A stretch of 64,000 bases of DNA from assembly GCA_963810275.1 (NCBI GenBank), contig CAWENF010000001.1, positions 1 through 64,000 of the forward strand, in the 5' to 3' direction. How positions within the stretch are numbered: the stretch's first letter is position 1; every line of letters begins with the position of its first letter. The DNA comes from an uncultured archaeon (GTDB taxonomy: Archaea; Thermoproteota; Bathyarchaeia; Bathyarchaeales; Bathycorpusculaceae). The position numbers and the translations under genes are program-made. The notes under the pieces were generated by a model. It searched no databases. It was not told the DNA's origin and saw only the letters and a list, made by a program, of their open reading frames with translations. Below, in pieces: positions 20,142-31,399 of the stretch.

Positions 20142-21053
20142 TTATTCAGGGTTTTCTGCGATTGTAACAATCTTGTCGCGACCCTTCTTTAGCCTCGTTA
20201 ACGCCCCTGTACTCTCAAGAGCGCTTAACAGTTGACTAGTCTTTGCCTTGGAGAAGTGAAGTTGCTCGGTTATTTCTGACTGCCGCATGGTCCCCCCGCG
20301 AGTTTTTAGCAGGTTTAGTATTTTGTCTTCTTCGGTTTGAAGCAGCGCCTGCATTTGAGTTGAAGCCACGGGTAAGGATTTGTTTTGGTTATGTTGCCGT
20401 CTGAAAAAGAGGAACATAAAAATCGCTGCAGCCAATCCCGCCGTCGTAACCATCAACAACCAAGTTTGTACAGTCACGTTGTCAAAGCTTAGGGTAGCCA
20501 TCAATACCACTTCTGTGTTTTCATTAATCAAATCATGTAGGTTATTCCATGCCAAGGTGTGGGCTTGGTCGTCACGGTTGTTTGCAGTTGGATAAATTGA
20601 TTCGACGGAGTAATTTTCTGGGTATATAAGATAGAGTTCTGAGTCGCCAAAGAATCTGGCGAGGAAGTCGCTGGCTTGGAATACGTCTCCGAAGCGCATT
20701 TGGTTGTTTTCAGCTACGCTAAAGTTTAGCCAAACAAAATCGTATTCGGTTCTTTTAGATTGAGCAAATATGCTTGTGCTAATTTGAATCGAGTTTTGGT
20801 CGATATCCATTTCTCTTTCGGTAGCTGCTTGTGCAGTGTCAAGCACCACAGAGATTATCTGATTAAAATCTTGCCACGTGTACACTTCTGAGTTTACAGT
20901 TGAGTACTGTTCAATAGACCAGTACGCTGAGCCGTCGCCTCGAATTTGCACCTTATACTCAAAAGATTCCTGCGCTTCAGCGCTGTGCAGGGGGATGAGC
21001 ATCAGTAGTAAGAAGACTGCAAGTATAGCTGTCGTTACTCGGTTGTCGCTCAT
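20142..21053 (-). CDS. Membrane-anchored protein with extracellular domain and C-terminal winged HTH
   Basis: Signal peptide, TM helix, then EEDKILNLL..GGTMRQSEI...FSKAKTSQLLSALE...KKGRDKIV. Confidence 0.8.
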   Translation of the reverse strand: MSDNRVTTAILAVFLLLMLIPLHSAEAQESFEYKVQIRGDGSAYWSIEQYSTVNSEVYTWQDFNQIISVVLDTAQAATEREMDIDQNSIQISTSIFAQSKRTEYDFVWLNFSVAENNQMRFGDVFQASDFLARFFGDSELYLIYPENYSVESIYPTANNRDDQAHTLAWNNLHDLINENTEVVLMATLSFDNVTVQTWLLMVTTAGLAAAIFMFLFFRRQHNQNKSLPVASTQMQALLQTEEDKILNLLKTRGGTMRQSEITEQLHFSKAKTSQLLSALESTGALTRLKKGRDKIVTIAENPE

Positions 21054-21739
21054 CCCTATTCCTTAAGTTTGTTTTATTGAAAGTTATTTTAGGTTTTTTT
21101 AAGGCTTTTCCATAATCCGCAAAAAAGAGTCAAAAATAGCCTCCAATCGCTTACGGTTAAGGTTAATACCTTTAATTTATATTTTGACTCATGTTAGTTC
21201 CAATGTCTTTGGGAAAGAAGCCGTCTGAAAACGAGGAGTCTGCTAAGGTGGTTAGGTTGCCTTGTGGATGCATCTACCAAGATAAAGACTGGATGCTCAT
21301 GCGGATTAAACGAATGCGAATACCATCACAGAAGAAGAACTGCTAAGCGTCCATATCGTCCAAAAGCAGAATGCGTAAGGCCCTAAGAATTTTGGACGCT
21401 TTGTTTTTCTTTCTTTTATTTTAGTGAAGGGTTTATGCTTTACAACAAGACTGTTTGCGTTTGTAACTTCTTTTTGGGTTTCGGGTAGTTCTTCTTTGCC
21501 TATGTTGTGTGACAGAGGCTTAACACACCAATAAACATCCGTGCTTAATGCATTGCGATGTGGTTGTAGGAGCACGTACGATATGCTTAGGAAATAACAA
21601 AGTCCATTTTTCTTAAAACACTGCCATCAATGACGTGATAAATAGAGAAGCTGCAACAGAACATCAATTTAAAATAAACTTGAAGTAATAGTAGATTTTT
21701 CCACAACCCATTTAACCTTCCAAATTGCAATTTAACCAA

Positions 21740-22834
21740 ATGTCTCAGCCCGAAACATCACCCAAGTCTAATCCTCAGAGCTCAACCAAGCGACTTCTAA
21801 AAATCGCCCTCCAAGTTGTTTTTATGGTTGCTATTGTTGGTTTGTTACTTTGGTATGTTGGGTTAGGCTCGCTCTACGAGGCGCTTTTAACAATCAACGT
21901 CGGATACTTGATTTTGGCGTTTGTGATGTATATTGGCATCAATATCTTCTTTACAATCAGGTTAAGACGCGTTCTTTCAAAGGATGGTGTAAAAACATCC
22001 TTTGTAAAAACCCTGTTAGCCCAATACGCTGGTATGTTAACAAGCGACGTGACGCCGGGACGCTCAGGATACATCTTAACACCCGTTTATTTAATAGACC
22101 AAAATGTTCCCACATCAAAAAGCCTCTCCTCAATCTTGGGAATTCAGACTATCGAGTTTTTGGTTAAAGTTGCAGGCGGTGTAGGTGCAGTTATCCTACT
22201 AGTGCAAACCGTGCCATTAACCACATGGAATGAGCTTTTCCCCCAAAGCGTTGCTGGTATAAACATCGGTATAATTGTGGCGGTGTTAGGTATCTCTTTA
22301 ATGCTTGTCGGCGCCATAGTCTTGGCAGCCTTCACGTGGTCTGAGCGCGCCATAACAATCTTTGATCGAATCGCTAACTGGCGGTTTATCAAAAAATTTT
22401 CAGGAGGCATTTTGGGAAAACTTGAGGAATACAAAGAAAGCGCTCATAGCACACAAAAAGCTATTCCGGAAATCCTTGGCTTGACCATGATATGCTGGAT
22501 TCTTAAAGGGTTTGAGTGGTACTTTTTAGGTTTGGCGCTAGGCATAACTGAAGTTTCTTGGCTTGCATTTTTCCTCATTCACCCATTGGTAACTGCACTA
22601 GCATTTGTGCCAATTACCCCAGCAGGATTGGGCGTACAGGAATTTGGAATCATTGGAATCTTGGGTTTACTCGGCGTTCCCTTAGCAATAGCAGGCGCAT
22701 TCGCATTACTTGCACGAGGTATACTCATACTCCAAGATCTAATCGGAGTACCGCAAATAGTAAAATCCACAAGCCTAATTTTCACCCACAGAAAACCCCG
22801 AGAAACACCGCCAACAATTTCTGAACCTATCTAA
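21740..22834 (+). CDS. Flippase-like UPF0104 / LPG-synthase TM-domain protein
   Basis: SDVTPGRSG, PITPAGLGVQE, LLARG; multi-TM. Confidence 0.85.
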   Translation: MSQPETSPKSNPQSSTKRLLKIALQVVFMVAIVGLLLWYVGLGSLYEALLTINVGYLILAFVMYIGINIFFTIRLRRVLSKDGVKTSFVKTLLAQYAGMLTSDVTPGRSGYILTPVYLIDQNVPTSKSLSSILGIQTIEFLVKVAGGVGAVILLVQTVPLTTWNELFPQSVAGINIGIIVAVLGISLMLVGAIVLAAFTWSERAITIFDRIANWRFIKKFSGGILGKLEEYKESAHSTQKAIPEILGLTMICWILKGFEWYFLGLALGITEVSWLAFFLIHPLVTALAFVPITPAGLGVQEFGIIGILGLLGVPLAIAGAFALLARGILILQDLIGVPQIVKSTSLIFTHRKPRETPPTISEPI

Positions 22835-23155
22835 AATCTTATTTTGTTATTTTGTGCACTGAAATGGTAGTACAAACTGCAATAGATGCATTCTATCGCT
22901 TGTTTGTGACTGTGGCGCTATAGTCACATAATCTTAAATTTTTTTATCCGGTTAAAATCATCTATGTGTCTATCTGGTGAAGTTGAAGTGAAGTCAAAAT
23001 TGCATTTCCCAACAACAGAAAAAGACAACACAGGGAATCCCAGACGATGCATATGCTTTTTAAGTGGTTGGTTGAGGAGGTTTGCGGAGACAGCAAAAAT
23101 TTTTGTGTCCCCCTTGAACAGAAAAGAGCACTCGCACCTCTAAACCAGCCGTAAG

Positions 23156-23473
23156 GTGAAAAAAATGGCGACAGCATTTATACTTTTAAACACAGAAATC
23201 GGAGCAGAAAACCAAGTTCTAAAAATCTTAAGAAAGATAGATGGTGTGAAAGAAGCATATGGATTATGGGGTGTCTACGACTTAATTGTGAACATCAGAG
23301 TTAGCGATACGGCTGAGTTAAAAGAGATAACAAAGCGCATCAGCGATATTGGTCTGATTAATTCAAAGTTAACAATGATTGTTTCTGAGCACTCACCACT
23401 GTCTTTTATAAATAAAAAATCCTCTGAAACCATCCAAAAATTCAGCGAAGAACCAATGTCCATACTTGTTTAA
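23156..23473 (+). CDS. Stand-alone Lrp/AsnC ligand-binding (RAM) domain protein
   Basis: AFILLNTEIG, GVYDLIV, C-terminal extension. Confidence 0.85.
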   Translation: MKKMATAFILLNTEIGAENQVLKILRKIDGVKEAYGLWGVYDLIVNIRVSDTAELKEITKRISDIGLINSKLTMIVSEHSPLSFINKKSSETIQKFSEEPMSILV

Positions 23474-23540
23474 CCTCATTTTTTAACAAAATTTTTTACT
23501 TATAGGTGCTCTCTATTTCTTTGTTTGGAGAGCAACCGCT

Positions 23541-24881
23541 TTGGCACACAAAACCTTGCATATTGGCTTTGATGATACTGACTCAACTAAAGGCGGCTGC
23601 ACGACTTACCTCACTGCGGTTTTAATTGATAAACTCAAACCGTACGGTGTAAACTACATTGATTATCCCCTTCTGGTCAGGCTCAACCCTAACGTGCCTT
23701 GGAAAACTCGCGGAAACGGGGCACTTTGCTTGCGCTTCACTTATCCAGAAGAGCACGAGATGGCGATAAAGGAAACTGCAGTAGCACTTTGGGAAGAACA
23801 CTCGGCAGTAAAGCAGAAAGGAACAGACCCAGGAATAGTGTTCTTCGACGGCGAACAAATCCCCTTAGGGTTAACCATGTTCTCCAAACGTGCAGAAACA
23901 ACCATTGTAACCCTAAAAGAAGCCTTGGAGATAATAAAAAAATTCCACGCAGAATCCTTAGGCTACAACACATGCCGCGGCATAATCGGCTCCTTAGCTG
24001 CAATAGGTGAAACCTTGCGATGCGACCACACCTATGAGCTAATTGCTTATCGTACGCCCGAAAATTTGGGTACCAAACGTAGAGTGGATGAGGCGTCAAT
24101 TTTTGAGATGGACAAACAAACCCGACCTCGCTCTTACAACAATGTGGACTATGAGAAGCGGCGTGTCATCATTACGCCTCGTGGGCTTGACCCGATTCTA
24201 TTTGGAATTAGAGGTGAAAGCGCTTCGCTCGTTAAACAAGCATTTAGTATCGTGAAACCGTTGGAGCCTGTGGAGCGCTGGGTAATCTTTCGTAGCAACC
24301 AAGGCACAGACGCCCACCTCCGACATCTAAACAGCTTGGCCGAAGTTGAGCCATACCAATCTGTGGTCGTGAAGGGTAGTGTTTCGCAGGATCCTCGTAT
24401 CGTCCCATTACGTCACGTTATTTTCCAGATTAAAGATGATGTTGGCGAAATTGACTGCGCTGCCTACGAGCCCACAGGGGACTTGCGCAAAATCGCTTTG
24501 GAGCTTGAGATAGGCGACAAGATTGAAGTGACAGGGGCAGTGAAAAGAGCTACGGCTGTTCGGCCGCAAACCATTAACCTTGAGAAAATTCGAGTGCTCG
24601 ACTTAGCTAAAAAAACACAGAAACAAAATCCAATCTGTCCAAACTGTAGCAAACGACTAAAATCTATGGGCAAAAACCAAGGCTACCGTTGCAAGAAATG
24701 CGGAGAAAAACACTTAGCCCTAAGAAAGGTTGAAATGGAAATGCCTCGGACTCTTAAAACAGGACTATATGTGACTTCCATACGGTCCCAGCGCCATTTA
24801 ACAAAGCCTCTTAGCCGGTACGGGCAAGAAAAAACCTGCTCAGCTTCCGTCAAGATAATAAATCAATGGTATTTTCCCTAA
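23541..24881 (+). CDS. tiaS: tRNA(Ile2) agmatinylcytidine synthase
   Basis: IGFDDTDS..GGCTTY, RLNPNVPWKTRGNGA, NQGTDAH, zinc ribbon, RHLTKP. Confidence 0.95.
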   Translation: MAHKTLHIGFDDTDSTKGGCTTYLTAVLIDKLKPYGVNYIDYPLLVRLNPNVPWKTRGNGALCLRFTYPEEHEMAIKETAVALWEEHSAVKQKGTDPGIVFFDGEQIPLGLTMFSKRAETTIVTLKEALEIIKKFHAESLGYNTCRGIIGSLAAIGETLRCDHTYELIAYRTPENLGTKRRVDEASIFEMDKQTRPRSYNNVDYEKRRVIITPRGLDPILFGIRGESASLVKQAFSIVKPLEPVERWVIFRSNQGTDAHLRHLNSLAEVEPYQSVVVKGSVSQDPRIVPLRHVIFQIKDDVGEIDCAAYEPTGDLRKIALELEIGDKIEVTGAVKRATAVRPQTINLEKIRVLDLAKKTQKQNPICPNCSKRLKSMGKNQGYRCKKCGEKHLALRKVEMEMPRTLKTGLYVTSIRSQRHLTKPLSRYGQEKTCSASVKIINQWYFP

Positions 24882-24964
24882 ACACAATGTTTTTCCTTTT
24901 TGAAATGCTTTAAATCCAAGAATCCAGTAACCCCTTCTACAACAAATCTTAAAGATGACCTTTC

Positions 24965-27772
24965 ATGGTTGAAAAAAAGTTCCCCAAAGAAGCCTACGAG
25001 CTTCCCTTCTTCAAACAAGAAGGCTTCACACGAAAAAAATGCAAGAAATGCGGCGAATGGTTTTGGACCCAAGATAGCGCGCAGGAAACCTGCGGAGAAT
25101 CTGGCAGCGACGAATGCGGCTGCTACAGCTTCTTAGGCAACTCGCCTACTAAACGCAAGTTTACGCTTCCCGAGATGCGTGAAGCATTTCTCTCATTCTT
25201 CGAAGAAAACGGTCATACTCGCATAAAACCCTACCCCGTAGTGGCGCGCTGGAGAAAAGACATCTACCTCACCCATGCTAGTATCATTGACTTCCAGCCC
25301 TACGTGACAGAGGGCATCGCTCCACCCCCAGCAAACCCATTGGTCATCTCTCAACCATCAATCAGGCTCACCGATATCGCCAACACAGGTCCTACTTTTG
25401 GCAGGCACTTAACTATCTTCGAGATGGGCGGTGCCCACGCCTTCAACCTCCCCGACAAAGATGTATACTGGAAAGACGATACCGTTCGTTTCCACCAGCG
25501 CTTCTGCACCGAAGTCCTAGGACTCCCCGGAGAAGCAGTGACTTACAAAGAAAGCGTATGGGCAGGCGGAGGCAACGCAGGACCAGCAGTCGAATGCATA
25601 GTTGGTGGGCTCGAAGTAGGCACGCTTGTGTTTATGCAGTACAAGGTTGTGGGAGACGAATTCGTTGAGTTGCCAATCCGCACGGTGGACACGGGCTATG
25701 GAGTTGACCGCTTCACATGGATCAGCCAAGGGGTGCCAAGCTTGTTCCAAGCCATCTACGGGGAGCTCCACGATAAAGTTCTCCAAATGGCGGGCTTCAC
25801 TTACGTTGACAATGGTTTCCTCGAAAAAGTCGCTAAATATAGCGGCTTAGTGAGTGTAGATAAGCGGGCTAACCGCATGGTCGCACGTAAACGAGTCAGC
25901 GAATTAACAGGCATCGACCTTGCCACATTGGAACGGGTGCTGGTACCCATCGAGAACGCTTGGGCAGTGCTTGACCACACCAAGACCCTTAGTTTCATGC
26001 TTTCAGAAGGCGTCGTGCCTTCAAATATCCAAGAAGGCTACCTCGCAAGATTACTCTTCCGCCGTGTCTACCGCGTCATGCGCACACTCAACATGAAACC
26101 CGACCTACTCTACAAAATCATTGAGTTGCAGGCGGATTACTGGGCAAAAGACTTCCCCCACATCAAAGAGATGCAGTGTGAAATTGTCGAAATGCTCAAA
26201 ATGGAGGAAGAAAAATTCAAAGACACCCTACAGCGAGGCGAAGGTTTAGTTAAACGAGTCGCAGCCGACCTCAAATCAAAAGGCGAAACCAAACTGCCCG
26301 ACGAGAAACTTGCAGAACTTTATGATTCACAAGGGCTACCTCCTGAAATCGTAAAGCAAGCAGCCGAAAATGAAGGCGTCGCCGTCGAAGTCCCAGAAAA
26401 CTTTTATGCCCTAATTGCTAAACGACACATGGCAGCCTCCAAACCCATCGAGCAGGAAGAAGCCAAAACCGAAGAAAGCCTAAAACAAATCGCAGAGACT
26501 CTTCCAGCCACAGACTTAATGTATTACACGGATGTTTACCAATATCAATTCGAAACTAAAGTCGTAAAAATTATTAACGGCATCTATGTGGCGTTGGAAC
26601 GCACCTGCTTTTACCCTGAAGGCGGCGGGCAACCATGCGACAAAGGATCAATCGTTGCTAACGGCGTCAAATATGATGTGGTGGATGTGCAGAAAATCGG
26701 CAAAGTCGTCATCCACAAACTCAATACTCCTGCTCTTTTTAGCGAAGGCACAACCATAGAGGGCATCTTGGATTGGGAACGTCGATACCAGCTGATGAAG
26801 AGCCACACCGTCACCCACCTTATTAACGGTGCCGCCCGTCGTGTTCTTGGTGAGCATATTTGGCAGTCAGGCACCCAGAAGGGTTTGGAAAGCTCTCGTT
26901 TAGACATTTCACATTACAAGAGGCTCAGCCAAGAGGAAGCGCACAAGATTGAAGCTCTAGCAAACCAAGCTATAGCTGCCAACATGAAGGTAGAAACCAA
27001 ATGGTACCCAAGAAACGAAGCTGAATCCCTCTACGGATTCCGCCTCTACCAAGGCGGTGCAGTACCTGGAAAAGATATACGAGTCGTCAAAACTGGTAAC
27101 TGGGATGTGGAAGCATGCGCAGGCACCCACTTGGGTAGCACTGGCGAGGTGGGTTTTGTCAAAATCGTTTACACCGAGCGAGTACAGGACGGCGTTGAGC
27201 GGTTGGGTTACGCAGTCGGCTTAAAGGCGTTGACTGCGGTGCAGCAACAGGAAACTTTGCTATCCAAAGTCAGTGAAGTGCTAAACGCTCCTTTGGATAA
27301 GCTTGATAAAACTGCCGAGAAAGTTGTCAAAGAATTAAAAGACGTAAACCTTGAAAAGCGCCGCTTAATCAAGGAACTAGCAGAGAAGGAAAGCGCCGCA
27401 AGCTGCTCAAAAGAAGTTGAAGTAACCCAAACCATAAATGGTGTATCCATAGTGAAGCGAGACTTTGCAGAAGAAACCGACTCTAACCGTATGCTCACCA
27501 TTGCTACAGAAATAATCAAACGAAACGACTACGCTGTCACAGTGTTCTATGGCTCAAATGGCAAAGCTTGCAAACTTATGGTTATGGCAGGCGAAGCAGC
27601 CGTTAAAAAAGGTGTAAATGCAGGTATTGTTGTCAAGGATGCCGCGCCGATTATGGGGGGCGGAGGCGGAGGAAGACCCAACTTTGCTCAAGGCGGAGGA
27701 ACCCAATGCGACAAACTTCAAGAAGCCGTGCAAGCTGCGATTGAAACCGTCAAAAAGCAGGCTAAACCGTAA
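24965..27772 (+). CDS. alaS: Alanine--tRNA ligase (archaeal type)
   Basis: PYPVVARWR, ASIIDFQP, DTGYG, FYPEGGGQ, HTVTH, CAGTH, GGGGGRPNFAQGGG. Confidence 0.98.
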   Translation: MVEKKFPKEAYELPFFKQEGFTRKKCKKCGEWFWTQDSAQETCGESGSDECGCYSFLGNSPTKRKFTLPEMREAFLSFFEENGHTRIKPYPVVARWRKDIYLTHASIIDFQPYVTEGIAPPPANPLVISQPSIRLTDIANTGPTFGRHLTIFEMGGAHAFNLPDKDVYWKDDTVRFHQRFCTEVLGLPGEAVTYKESVWAGGGNAGPAVECIVGGLEVGTLVFMQYKVVGDEFVELPIRTVDTGYGVDRFTWISQGVPSLFQAIYGELHDKVLQMAGFTYVDNGFLEKVAKYSGLVSVDKRANRMVARKRVSELTGIDLATLERVLVPIENAWAVLDHTKTLSFMLSEGVVPSNIQEGYLARLLFRRVYRVMRTLNMKPDLLYKIIELQADYWAKDFPHIKEMQCEIVEMLKMEEEKFKDTLQRGEGLVKRVAADLKSKGETKLPDEKLAELYDSQGLPPEIVKQAAENEGVAVEVPENFYALIAKRHMAASKPIEQEEAKTEESLKQIAETLPATDLMYYTDVYQYQFETKVVKIINGIYVALERTCFYPEGGGQPCDKGSIVANGVKYDVVDVQKIGKVVIHKLNTPALFSEGTTIEGILDWERRYQLMKSHTVTHLINGAARRVLGEHIWQSGTQKGLESSRLDISHYKRLSQEEAHKIEALANQAIAANMKVETKWYPRNEAESLYGFRLYQGGAVPGKDIRVVKTGNWDVEACAGTHLGSTGEVGFVKIVYTERVQDGVERLGYAVGLKALTAVQQQETLLSKVSEVLNAPLDKLDKTAEKVVKELKDVNLEKRRLIKELAEKESAASCSKEVEVTQTINGVSIVKRDFAEETDSNRMLTIATEIIKRNDYAVTVFYGSNGKACKLMVMAGEAAVKKGVNAGIVVKDAAPIMGGGGGGRPNFAQGGGTQCDKLQEAVQAAIETVKKQAKP

Positions 27773-27839
27773 TCTCTCCTTCTTTTTTGGCAACAGTTTC
27801 TTATAGTGCACCAAAAATAGTGTTGGCAGGTACAAAGAT

Positions 27840-28175
27840 TTGGATGTATTCAAAGGAATCATCGCCGTCGCAGCTGTGCTGTCGCTGGTTTTCTTAGGGG
27901 TCATCTTCACAATTTCCATTAACGCCATAGACAACTCCACCATACCAGACATCGAATACGGGCAAGTCACCTCTAAAGCCCCTGTAACAAACATACCCAA
28001 CATCAAGTACCAAATCGATTTAGCCGACGGCAAAGTGCTCTATGTAGCAACAAACCAAACACTATACGACACTGTGAACATAAACATGACTTATGTTTTT
28101 AGCTGCCGCATAGATTATACTAATCAGTGGTTGATTGCGGAGTCAGCGTGGCAAACAAACAGAACATCCACCTGA
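27840..28175 (+). CDS. Hypothetical membrane-anchored protein
   Basis: N-terminal TM helix followed by a beta-rich domain. Confidence 0.7.
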   Translation: MDVFKGIIAVAAVLSLVFLGVIFTISINAIDNSTIPDIEYGQVTSKAPVTNIPNIKYQIDLADGKVLYVATNQTLYDTVNINMTYVFSCRIDYTNQWLIAESAWQTNRTST

Positions 28176-28290
28176 AGCTACTTTATTTTTTAACACTGGA
28201 AAAAGAAATTTGTTACATCATTAAAAAGCTTTTTAAATCACTCATGACATCTATAAATTGTTATTTTTTAGATAATAAAGAGGAAAAAAA

Positions 28291-31027
28291 ATGACTAATT
28301 TTAGAAATAAAACAATGGCTATTTTGATTGCTTTAATTCTGACAATTTCAATGTCAACTTCAGTAATACTAATATCAACTACTAGCGCACATACTCCTCC
28401 ATGGGAAATTCAGCTTTTTGCCTTCTGCAACGTTGGACCTAACCCCGCACAGATCGGTCAATCAGTTACAGTTGGCTTTTGGCTAAATGAACCCCCAATG
28501 ACTGCAGCCACCATCTACGGAGACAGATTCGGACCTTTCACAGTACACGTTGTTAAGCCTGATGGAACCAATGAAACCCTCGGACCTTTTACTTCTGACG
28601 CTTCTGGCGGATCAAGCACTCAATACATTCCTGATCAAATTGGCGAATACGACTTCCAAATGACATATCCAGGACAAACCCTAGACGGCGGACAATACGG
28701 CTTAACTGGCATTAGTAACCCGAACTTTATCAACGACACAATTTTACCTGCAATTAGCAACATTGCAATCCTAACGGTTCAGGAGGAACCTGTACCAGTT
28801 CTTCCAGAAAATCCGCTTCCAACCAACTACTGGGAAACTCCAATAAACGCACTCAACGTTAACAGATGGTATGCGATTGGTGGTCCTTATCTTGGTCTCT
28901 ACATTGGTTATAGTGCCGGCAAAGGAGCCTCCAATTATAACACTACTACCAATTTTAATCCCTACAGCGAGGCGCCACTCTCATCACACATATTATGGAC
29001 AAGACCAGCAGCATTCGGCGGTGCAATAGGTGGTGATGCAGGCGGAACAACAACTTTTGGCAACTATTATTCAACTTCTCAGTATGAACGCAAATACAAT
29101 CCAATAGTAATCAATGGATATCTCTACTACACAGAGTTCCCTGGAAGTTCAACCAATCCTACAGCTAACGTCTGCGTAAACTTATACACTGGCGAAGAGG
29201 TATGGCGTAATGACGCTACCAACTATGGCGGAGGCTCTCCAGCACAGACAGCTCTAACATCAGATGGTCAAATTACTCGACTTGTAAGCGGCCAAGTCCT
29301 TGATTACGTTTCACCTAACCAATACGGCGGAATTGCATACCTATGGACAGAGGGAACACCCGACGGAATATACTCCCGAGGAACATGCTTAAACATGTTT
29401 GATGCTATGACTGGCAAGTATATTCTTAGCATTGTAAACGGCACACGCTTTTCATATGGGCACACTGTTGATGAAAGGGGCAACTTTGTCGATTACTACG
29501 TTAATGGCACTACTGGTACCCAAACAATCTACACAGAAATTGAACCTGTCACCGGACCAAAACCCACACTAGTCACTAACGACCCAGGCAACGAATTGCT
29601 TGAAGTTTGGAACTCTACACAATGCATTATGCGTGGCGTAGGTGGGCGAAGCCCGTCGGCTTCAGGCTGGAGTTGGAGACCTACACAAAACGCAGTCATC
29701 GACTACAAATACGGAATAATGTCTGCAAGCTGAACTACCTAACGATGCTAGCTGGACAATTATGGGCGTTAACAGCGGAGTGGCTGTTCTTTATGATTTA
29801 AACAATCCAGGGCTCACAAACTACTTCCAGATAGGCAACGTAATGTTTACTGGCTATGACATAAACACCAATACCCGACTATTCGAGACGAATCAAAGCT
29901 TTACGCCTTATACTGCTGTTAACTTGGATAACTATGGGAACGTTGGCGACGGAGTCTACACAACTGTAATCAAGGAAACAGGGCAAGTTCAAGCATTCAG
30001 CGTCCGAACAGGGGAAGAAGTCTGGTCAACTTTTCTTAAGGGCGATAACGGTGCAGACATTAACCCCTACAATACCATTGGCGGTATCAAAGGCAACATT
30101 TACGGCGACAATTTCTATCTATTCGGCTTTGGCGGTGATATTTGGTCGCTTTCGATGGCTGACGGTTCAGTTAACTGGTATACGAATACAACTAAAATTA
30201 TGGGAGACGCTGGATACAACACGCCTTATAACATTTGGCCTATTTGGGTGCAGACTGGTATTGGCGGAGGAGGAGGAATAATGTTCCTTGGAGTAGGACA
30301 CGAGTATTCACCTCCACTTTTCCGTGGGGCACAGCAATTAGCACTTAATACTACGACTGGCGAGCTTGCCTGGATGATTGACTCATTTAACGTCAACGCC
30401 AATCCAGAGTTAGCCTACGGCATTATGACGAACCTAAACGCATATGACAATCAGATTTATGCCTTTGGCAAAGGCCCTAGCGGTATTACTGTCTCTGCGC
30501 CTTCAATTGGTGTTACTACTGCTACGCCGATTACTATTTCAGGTACTGTGATGGATGTTTCTGCTGGTACTAAGCAGAGTGCTGTTGCAGGTAACTTCCC
30601 CTATGGTTTGCCAGCGGTTTCTGATGAAAGCATGAGTTCCTTTATGGAAGCTGTCTATATGCAGCAGCCTATGCCTGACAATGTGACTGGGGTTCCAATT
30701 ACTTTAACTGTGGTTGATGCAAACGGCAACTACCGTGACATTGGCACTACTACAAGCGATAGTTCTGGTGCGTACGCTTTTACTTGGACGCCTGATATTT
30801 CTGGAGATTATACTGTTATTGCTACCTTTGATGGTTCAAATGGTTACTATGGTTCTACTGATCGAACCTACTTCAATGCACTTGAAGCTGCGACTCCTTC
30901 TTCGACTGCTGGACCTCAATCGGGTCTTGCTACTACAGCGGATTTAATGACCGGTTTTGCAGTTGCTATAATTGCCATTATTATTGCTATAGCTATTGTA
31001 GGTGCGCTAATTCTCAGAAAACGGTAA
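28291..31027 (+). CDS. Large secreted PQQ-like beta-propeller surface protein with Ig-like domains and C-terminal TM; one frameshift near 29727
   Basis: Signal peptide, LYTGEEVW/TGEEVW/DGSVNW/TGELAW repeats, NAYDNQIYAFGKGPS, C-terminal TM+RKR; frames join as MSA/AELPNDASWTIMGV on removing one A. Confidence 0.8.
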
Positions 31028-31075
31028 TAAAAATGCTAAACCAAAAATCCCCTTTCCTTTTTTTGGAGAATTTAT

Positions 31076-31228
31076 ATGACCTTAACGTGTGTAGCTCATA
31101 AGAGTGACTTGATTCGTCTTCATAGTAGAGGTGTTGTTTTTTGTTTTAAGTGTGGTAAGCCTATTGTTATTGGTGAGGTCATTATAGTGAGCGGTTCTTA
31201 TGCAATTCATAAGAAATGTAAAATTTGA
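31076..31228 (+). CDS. Small zinc-finger protein (50 aa, not in ORF track)
   Basis: MTLTCVAHKSDLIRLHSRGVVFCFKCGKPIVIGEVIIVSGSYAIHKKCKI; CxxC...HxxC; GGAG upstream. Confidence 0.5.
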   Translation: MTLTCVAHKSDLIRLHSRGVVFCFKCGKPIVIGEVIIVSGSYAIHKKCKI

Positions 31229-31399
31229 TCAGGTTTGTTTGCGAGTGCAAATCTTTTATTTCTAAAGTATTATAATTACGTTGTTATCTTGTTTTGTGTT
31301 GTCTTGAGTGCTAACTGGCTTTGTTTTTCCTTTCTTTTGGTGTTGGAGATGTAACGTAAGTGAATTTTGAGTCTTGGGTTTATCTGAAGCAACCAATAA

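Noticed and set aside
21191-21387. Cys-containing short ORFs in two overlapping frames
   Set aside because: Could be a frameshifted microprotein, but no recognisable family or SD
29725-29765. Possible TGA read-through (selenocysteine) in the PQQ-like gene
   Set aside because: The continuation is in a different frame and a TAA follows in frame, so this is a frameshift
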